A stretch of 64,000 nucleotides of DNA from a virus. Its lineage: Duplodnaviria > Caudoviricetes. Location of the stretch: positions 1 to 64,000 of the IMG/VR virus record IMGVR_UViG_3300043642_000037. One strand, 5' to 3'. This document shows positions 58,130-64,000 of this stretch, piece after piece (position 1 is the first letter of the stretch; each line of letters begins with the position of its first letter). The notes beneath the pieces are model-generated. The model was not told where the DNA came from, searched no databases, and was given only the letters and a program-made list of their open reading frames with translations. Position numbers and translations under genes: made by a program.

Positions 58130-60493
58130 TCAGGCGACGAGATGCAGCTCGATGACGTTGAGGGGCTTGGGCAGCCCGATGCCGAGGTGGGTGACCACCC
58201 GATCACCCGACGTGGGGCTGACCCCCAGATCGTTGATCTGGAACGAGGTGAGCGGCGCGCCGATCTTGGCGACCGAGCGGAGCTTGAGGACGTCGCCTCC
58301 GGTGTTCAGGGCCGCCTGCAGGTACGTCAGGGTGTCCTGCGTGACGTTGTACACGCCGAGGAACACTTGGAGGATGTCGACGAAGAACAGCGCGACGAAG
58401 TCGAAGTTCTTGACCACGGAGTACTCGCCGCTCTCGAGCGTCGTCGTGTCCGTGGTCAGCTGGTGAATGGAGAACGGCAGCGAGGTCGGGGTCGACTGCG
58501 CGAACACGAACCACCCGCCGTTGCTGATGTCGGTCAGCTGGCGATCGGTGAAGTACGTGTTGCTGTCGTAGATCTGGCTGACGCCCGCGATGCCGAGATT
58601 GGTGAAGCCCTGCTGGCTGGGCAGGCCGGCCGTCATGCCGCCGACGGCGGACGCCAGGTACCAGCCAGGCTGCTTGCTGCCGCCGGTCACGCCGGCGACG
58701 TCGCACTTGTCCGGCCACACCAGGATCGTGCGCTTGGATCGGAAGGACTGCGACTGGGCCACCAGCTCCAGCACCTGCTGGTCCTTCGAGAGCGTGCGGA
58801 CGACCTGGTAGTTGACGGTGGAGGTCGAGACCACGGCCCCGCCCGCGCGCTTGACTCCGTGCGGAAGCTCGTTGATGACCGTCGACGCGTCCGGACCGCC
58901 GTTGACGATCTGCAGGCGGTTCTCGCTGAGGACGGCCGCCACGATGACGGTCGTGAATGTGCTCGTGGCGGTGATGGTGGCGTTGGGGTCGACCGGGATG
59001 CGAACGAGGTCGCCGGCGGCCACGCCGCTGGACACGAAGGTGCCGCTGTTGTCCTTCAGGATGAGGAAGAGATCATCGCCTGCGGAGGTGACGACGCCCG
59101 TCAAGGCCGCGGACGCGATGCGCGGCGTCGTCCCGTCGGACTGGGTGATCGAGGCGGTCACGTTGCACGTGCCGGCCCCGGCGAACGGGGTCGAGACGTC
59201 GACCTCGAGGGTGGTCGCGTCGGTCACGGACGCCACCGGGTAGGTCCCCAGCGCGATCGTCCCCGCCGCGCTCGTGACCGTCACGATGAGCTTGTCGCCG
59301 GGAATGACGCCGCCGGTGACCATGCTAGCGATTCCGGTCAGCACGATCTTGGTCAGCGTCGCCGGCGCCGACGAGGTCAGCTGGGTGGACTGGCCCGTGG
59401 CCGACGGCTGGATCAAGGTCTTGGTGATCGGGAGCGTCCCGTTGCCCAGCACGACACGGAAGCGCTGCGGCCGGCCCGTGTTCTCGTCGGGCGTCGCGAG
59501 GCCGAGATTGTCGGCGTTCCACATCGCGAACACGGACACGTTGGTCGTCAGCGGCACGATCGCGTAGACGTCCGGCCGCGCGGTGATGTGGTCGCGCGCC
59601 TGCGTGTGGCCGGGCAGGTCGTCGGTCAGGACGCCGATGAACTGCACGACCGTCGTCGTGTTCTGGAGCGCGACGAACGCGGCCGCGCCGAGCGGGTTGC
59701 GCGCGTCCAGCCGACCGATCTTGGTCTTGATCTGATCGGTCGACTCGACCGTGTCGAGGTCGACCAGGTCCTGTCGCAGCGTCCGGTACTGCACGAAGAC
59801 CTTGGCGTACGACACGGTCTTCGAGCCCTGTCCGACGACGGGGACCGTCACCGAGCCGTTGATCTTGACCGCGTTGCCGCTGATCGTGAAGAACGACGGA
59901 TCGATCTTGACGTCGTTGATCTGCCGCTCGATCCGATACGTCTGGCCGCTGCCCGGGGTGAACCCGGAGGACGGCAGATCCGCGGTGAACCGCAGGCTGG
60001 TGTCGCTGTCGACCGCCAGCACCGTGCGCGCGATGACGTTGGTCGTCCCGTCCTTGACGATCACGCGGTCGCCCGACTTGACCTGTCCGACGCCGGCGGT
60101 GTTCCACGTGGTGCCGGTCGCGGTGAAGGTGTTCGGCGTCGAGGCCGAGGTCACCCCGGTTCCCGCGGTGTTCACGATCGCGCGGGCCTCGTCGAAGAAC
60201 ACGACGACGCTCGCCGCGTCGAGCAGGGCGCCCGGCTTGTTGCTGGGCGGCTCGGCTACCGTGATCACGGCGGAGCCGACCGGCGTCGCCGTGGAGGGGT
60301 TGCCCTCCAGCGCGCCGTAGTCGCTGACGCGAATGTCCGCCTTGTCGGCGTTGGTCGTCGTCCCCGGTTGGAAGTAATCCTGAATCCAGTACGCCGGGCC
60401 GACGACCAGGCAGTTGAGATCCGGGGTCGACGGAGTCACCGTCGGCGTCGCGATCTCTTGGAAGACGAGAACGACCGGTCGAATCAGCGCCAT
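58130..60493 (-). CDS. Contractile tail sheath protein
   Basis: N-terminal RP.V.V.QE; C-terminal HQLTTD....E.S.VK..DFV.........G.YNV...P.N.I.L.L. Confidence 0.85.
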   Translation of the reverse strand: MALIRPVVLVFQEIATPTVTPSTPDLNCLVVGPAYWIQDYFQPGTTTNADKADIRVSDYGALEGNPSTATPVGSAVITVAEPPSNKPGALLDAASVVVFFDEARAIVNTAGTGVTSASTPNTFTATGTTWNTAGVGQVKSGDRVIVKDGTTNVIARTVLAVDSDTSLRFTADLPSSGFTPGSGQTYRIERQINDVKIDPSFFTISGNAVKINGSVTVPVVGQGSKTVSYAKVFVQYRTLRQDLVDLDTVESTDQIKTKIGRLDARNPLGAAAFVALQNTTTVVQFIGVLTDDLPGHTQARDHITARPDVYAIVPLTTNVSVFAMWNADNLGLATPDENTGRPQRFRVVLGNGTLPITKTLIQPSATGQSTQLTSSAPATLTKIVLTGIASMVTGGVIPGDKLIVTVTSAAGTIALGTYPVASVTDATTLEVDVSTPFAGAGTCNVTASITQSDGTTPRIASAALTGVVTSAGDDLFLILKDNSGTFVSSGVAAGDLVRIPVDPNATITATSTFTTVIVAAVLSENRLQIVNGGPDASTVINELPHGVKRAGGAVVSTSTVNYQVVRTLSKDQQVLELVAQSQSFRSKRTILVWPDKCDVAGVTGGSKQPGWYLASAVGGMTAGLPSQQGFTNLGIAGVSQIYDSNTYFTDRQLTDISNGGWFVFAQSTPTSLPFSIHQLTTDTTTLESGEYSVVKNFDFVALFFVDILQVFLGVYNVTQDTLTYLQAALNTGGDVLKLRSVAKIGAPLTSFQINDLGVSPTSGDRVVTHLGIGLPKPLNVIELHLVA

Positions 60494-60545
60494 GGGTGGG
60501 TCTCCGCTGCCATTTGAACGTTGGAAGTATAGGACAGCGCGGGGA

Positions 60546-61247
60546 TCATTCCCTGCGCCGGAGCGCGACGGCCTCGAAGAACTCGGTGGCCGACGACGCG
60601 CCCGACGACGCGATCGCGGTCTCGATCTCCTCGAGCAGAGGGCCTGTGGGCGCGTTGGTGTACCGCACGTTGTTTTGGACGGTGAACGTCACGGGGGTGA
60701 TGAACGTGCCCTTGTCCCTCGGGAACGGCTGGGTGCGTCCGACCGTCGTCGGGGTCATGTCGTGGAAGCCGAACTTGCCCTGGATGAGCCTGTTGCTGGC
60801 GAGCAGAAAGATGCTGACCTGATCGCCGATGATGGCGCTCTCGAGCCGCTTCGCCGCCACGCACTCGATGAGAATCGGAACGGTCTCAAGGTGCCAGAAG
60901 CCGGAGAGCCCGGTGACGTTGTTCTTGCCGACGAAGTCGCCCAGCACGGTTCGGCTGTTGACCTGATCGTCGGCGTCGACGTAGACCGCGGGTCGCTTGT
61001 TCTTGGCCGGGTTCTCCTCGTTGAACGCGCTCTCGATCTCGATCCGGCTGGTGTTGGGATCCGGGTCCCACGGCCAGGGAAAGTCGGCTCCCACGGTCAC
61101 GCGCGCGAACCGCCGGCGTATCACCTCGACGAACACGCCGATCACCGCCAGCTTGGAGCCCGGTCGGATGCTGTCGACCTGCCGCCCCTCGGGCGACGGC
61201 AGAACCTTGGGGTCGGGGACGTATCCTGGATGGATCAGGTCGCTCAT
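60546..61247 (-). CDS. Tail terminator/completion protein (putative)
   Basis: Lies between neck and sheath genes; RPA.YVD...IEC.A....ES pattern. Confidence 0.55.
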   Translation of the reverse strand: MSDLIHPGYVPDPKVLPSPEGRQVDSIRPGSKLAVIGVFVEVIRRRFARVTVGADFPWPWDPDPNTSRIEIESAFNEENPAKNKRPAVYVDADDQVNSRTVLGDFVGKNNVTGLSGFWHLETVPILIECVAAKRLESAIIGDQVSIFLLASNRLIQGKFGFHDMTPTTVGRTQPFPRDKGTFITPVTFTVQNNVRYTNAPTGPLLEEIETAIASSGASSATEFFEAVALRRRE

Positions 61248-62093
61248 CTAGTACAGCCCCGGGCTCTCTATGAGGTCGACCGGGACCTCGTACTCGACGG
61301 CGTTCCTGCCGAGAAGCGACGCGGTCAACTTCTGGTGTACGGTGACCCCCTTCAGCTCGGTCGGCGTCATGCGCTGGACCTCGTAGCGGTCTCCCGATCT
61401 CAGGTCGACAACGACGTCCTTGTACTCCAGCCGTGGGAAGTCCAGCAGGATGTAGTCGGCGTACTTGACGTCGGTTTCGCCGTGGGCGGAGAGCTGCGTC
61501 TGGACGGTCGCTGCCTCGCGGCGCCCTCGCACGCGCACCGGGGACCAGTATCCGTCCTCGAACCCGGTGCCGAAGCAGGTCAGGCAGTGCTCCTGCGTGG
61601 CCTCGCGCAGCGTCGGATCCCAGCAGACGGGGCAACGCGAGCCCCAGCGACGCCGCTTGAGCAGCGACAGCGGAACCCCGTTGAGACGGCGAAACCCCAC
61701 CGACAGATCGCGTAGGAGCTTGCGCTTGAGGAGGCGTGTCCGCTTGTCGAGCCCGGGTTCCACGGGCACGGCCGGGCTCGAGAACGCCGCGGCCCCGCCC
61801 GAGGGCGGGGTCACCGTCACCTTGTAGAATATCTCCCTCGACAGGGAGAATAGGGTGACGGGTTCCCGACCGTTGGCGTTGCTTGGCGGCGACGGCGGGA
61901 GGCCGAACGCCTCGTCGACGAAGTTGTAGGCCTCGCGGAGGCCGACGGCTATCGACTCCCACGGGCCGGCGGGTCCGCCGGCGCGAAACACGTCGACGAA
62001 GAATGCGCCGCTCTCGTCGGACGCCACGTCCCACTGCACGAATACCTTCGTCGGGTACAGCGCGGTCGTGCGCGTGATCGACACGCTGCTCAC
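61248..62093 (-). CDS. Neck/head-completion protein with zinc finger
   Basis: G.RCP.CWD......C..CFGTGF..GY..P. Confidence 0.7.
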   Translation of the reverse strand: MSSVSITRTTALYPTKVFVQWDVASDESGAFFVDVFRAGGPAGPWESIAVGLREAYNFVDEAFGLPPSPPSNANGREPVTLFSLSREIFYKVTVTPPSGGAAAFSSPAVPVEPGLDKRTRLLKRKLLRDLSVGFRRLNGVPLSLLKRRRWGSRCPVCWDPTLREATQEHCLTCFGTGFEDGYWSPVRVRGRREAATVQTQLSAHGETDVKYADYILLDFPRLEYKDVVVDLRSGDRYEVQRMTPTELKGVTVHQKLTASLLGRNAVEYEVPVDLIESPGLY

Positions 62094-62812
62094 GGCGCGA
62101 CGCTCTCGACGCAGGTCGAGTCGACGGCGTTGTCGACTCCGTTGAAGGCTCGATCGATTCGCTGCGAGCCCTCGTCGCCCCAGGCCACCGGCGGCGTCCT
62201 TACCGCGGCGCGCTCTTCATACGGGTTGACGGAGGGTCCACGCTTCTCGGATCCCGGCTGGACCAGACCCGAGACTTTATCGAGCCCCGAGGTCATCTGG
62301 GCAGGCTCGTCGGCGACGCTGTTGATGCCGAGGTGTCGAAGCAGGTCCGCGAACGCGGACGACGCCTGCTCGTCCGCAGGCCTGCCGTCGCGAGCCCGGG
62401 CCAGCGAGCTGTCCGCGCTGGTGGCCGAGCTGTAGTGCGGGCTGGTCGAGGGCCCGCCCTCCTGGGCGTCGTCAGCGGTCATGCCGAGGTTGAAGTTCGC
62501 GCGCTTGATGGGCACCGGGCGCTTGCAGGGCCCGTAGTGCTTGGGCTTGCGGCACGTGCCGCAGACGTCGCTGGCGGACAGCTTTCGCCGCGGCTCCATC
62601 CGCGTCTCGCCCTGCTCGTGACGATCGAAGGTCTGGCTGAGCACCGCCGGCGTCGACGTCGGCGATGGCACCGGCACCGGTGGCGGCGGCGGCTGGCTCT
62701 TCAGGACGGCGCTCTGCTGAACCACCGGGTTGGTCGTGGATGGCCACGCCAGCTTGTGGCGCCGCAGCGCCGCCAGCTGACCGTCGGCGTACGCGCGCTC
62801 GAGGACGCTCAC
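62090..62812 (-). CDS. Virion-module protein with the shared N-terminal motif
   Basis: LERAYADGQLAALRRHKLA; CxxC..H..C. Confidence 0.6.
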   Translation of the reverse strand: MSVLERAYADGQLAALRRHKLAWPSTTNPVVQQSAVLKSQPPPPPVPVPSPTSTPAVLSQTFDRHEQGETRMEPRRKLSASDVCGTCRKPKHYGPCKRPVPIKRANFNLGMTADDAQEGGPSTSPHYSSATSADSSLARARDGRPADEQASSAFADLLRHLGINSVADEPAQMTSGLDKVSGLVQPGSEKRGPSVNPYEERAAVRTPPVAWGDEGSQRIDRAFNGVDNAVDSTCVESVAP

Positions 62813-63162
62813 GGGGAGACCACCGCGCCCGGCAGCGGCATGGACGAGGTGGCGAAGTCGTCCTCGTTGCGCTGGAAGGCCCTGTCGATCACGCTGCGCT
62901 GCCTGCGTCCCTGATCGACCGGGTCCGCGGCACCTGCGCCCGCGCCATCCGTCGAGGTCGACGCGCCCATCCCGACGTTGAACGCGGTCTTCGCCGGCGT
63001 GACGTCGCCTCCGGTCAGCCGCGAGGGCGCCGATCCGGGCTTGGGGATTCCCGGGATCTTGGGCACGCCGATGCCGGCCGACGCGAGCGTCGGTTGACCC
63101 GGCAGGCCGAACGTCGCCAGCGCGACGCGGCCGCCCTGCAGCGCTGCCTGCCGTAGGTTCAC
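62809..63162 (-). CDS. Virion-module protein with the shared N-terminal motif
   Basis: LRQAALQGGRVALATFGL; shares FN.GM and IDRAF with 62090. Confidence 0.6.
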   Translation of the reverse strand: MNLRQAALQGGRVALATFGLPGQPTLASAGIGVPKIPGIPKPGSAPSRLTGGDVTPAKTAFNVGMGASTSTDGAGAGAADPVDQGRRQRSVIDRAFQRNEDDFATSSMPLPGAVVSP

Positions 63163-63173
63163 GAGGTGAAGTC

Positions 63174-63347
63174 CTAGCGCTTGACGAGACCCGCGATCAG
63201 GCCGTCGAGGCCGTGAGCCTGCGGCGTCTGGCTCGGCAGCAATCCGATCTCCTGGGCCTCCTTGTAGACGTCCTCGAGGGACGCGTAGCCTGCTTCCTTG
63301 ATCGCCTTCTGGACGCCGATATCACGCGCGGTTTTGATGTGGCTCAT
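63174..63347 (-). CDS. 57-aa protein absent from the ORF track
   Basis: AGGAGA RBS; MSHIKTARDIGVQKAIKEAGYASLEDVYKEAQEIGLL... Confidence 0.65.
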   Translation of the reverse strand: MSHIKTARDIGVQKAIKEAGYASLEDVYKEAQEIGLLPSQTPQAHGLDGLIAGLVKR

Positions 63348-63372
63348 CGAAGTCTCCTGGCTGGATTGTAGC

Positions 63373-63645
63373 TCATCCGATGACCTCCTGGCCGTACGTG
63401 CCGTCGGCGCGCCCGGGCGCGAGGTGATCGACGTCGGAGACGTTCCACAGCCAGTCGGGCATGTTGGGATCCTGCCCGCCGGGGGCGGATGCCGGCGATC
63501 TCGAGGGGTACTGGAGTCGCTCGGTGCCGTGGCTCTGCTCGTCGCCGCGCGGCGCGACGCCGGGGCTCGCGCCCATGGCGCCGGACAGCTTGAAGCGCGC
63601 CAGCGCGCTCGCGACGCCGGCGCTCCGTGCCGCCCTCAGGCTCAT
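63373..63645 (-). CDS. Small virion-module protein with the shared N-terminal motif
   Basis: MSLRAARSAGVASALARFKLS; ATGA overlap with the upstream stop. Confidence 0.6.
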   Translation of the reverse strand: MSLRAARSAGVASALARFKLSGAMGASPGVAPRGDEQSHGTERLQYPSRSPASAPGGQDPNMPDWLWNVSDVDHLAPGRADGTYGQEVIG

Positions 63646-64000
63646 CGGTTGAATCTCGACACGTTCCGGTACCCCGATCCCAGGGTGCCGTACGCCGACT
63701 CGAGGTTGTTCTGCGTCTTGACGCCTCGCGCCTGCTCGTCCCACTCCTCCTTGAGTCCCTTCGCGAGCTGCGAGTACAGCGCGGACTTGTCGTCGATCCC
63801 GATCGGGCTGACGTCGCCGTCCTGCACGGTGGCCTGGTTCCTCGCCTGGAGGAACGACTCCGTCATGAGCAGGAACCTCGCCGTGCCCACCAGGAGGAGG
63901 TAGCGCAGATGCCGGGGGAACGACATCGGAGTCAGGTTGGTCTGCGGCGTGATCCCGTTGTAGGCGCTGACGGCCATCTCGAGCGCGAAGTTGACTTCCT
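63642..64000 (-). CDS. Head-tail adaptor/neck protein (5'-truncated)
   Basis: A.S.YN...P......LL..GT...LL.......RNQ....DG.....DDK...Y pattern; position in the module. Confidence 0.6.
   Translation of the reverse strand, partial: EVNFALEMAVSAYNGITPQTNLTPMSFPRHLRYLLLVGTARFLLMTESFLQARNQATVQDGDVSPIGIDDKSALYSQLAKGLKEEWDEQARGVKTQNNLESAYGTLGSGYRNVSRFNR

Noticed and set aside
58109-60517. 802-aa + strand ORF
   Set aside because: Antisense shadow of the tail sheath gene, with no protein-like motifs.
1-64000. Alternative genetic code or stop-codon reassignment
   Set aside because: Recognisable genes are full length under the standard code and stops coincide with coupled starts.

Overview
The window is a high-GC segment of a large tailed (myovirus/jumbo-type) bacteriophage. 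The host is probably a myxobacterium, inferred from a myxobacterial-type wHTH gene at 16663. From about 1 to 45 kb is a mostly + strand accessory/early region of small, often ATGA/GTGA-coupled ORFs. It includes nucleotide-metabolism and possible anti-defence enzymes (MazG-like, DEDDh exonuclease, 2H phosphoesterase, dCMP deaminase, Macro-like/SLOG fusion, Dam-type methylase, HAD nucleotidase), host-like genes (HAMP sensor, TRAP solute-binding protein, biotin-carrier domain), a small tRNA cluster and an endolysin. From about 46 to 64 kb is a - strand virion module (neck, tail terminator, sheath, tube, Gp5-like spike, holin-like gene, small Gly/Ala-rich proteins). The most striking unexplained structure is an expanded family of about 19 otherwise dissimilar mini-genes (about 21 motif copies) sharing a G-[IV]-x-H...C...[VI]-[DN]-C-M-x-C-[LI]-V putative zinc site. 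They sit in translationally coupled arrays, and duplications, permutations and remnants have breakpoints at or next to the motif, suggesting a shuffled cassette system. Other recurring signals are a GYTTAY-N3-RTAARC palindrome before many genes, an 18-bp hairpin+RBS leader on three genes, a CCTATACTT late-promoter candidate and a shared N-terminal motif on small virion-module proteins. All family assignments come from motif recognition by eye; no searches were run.
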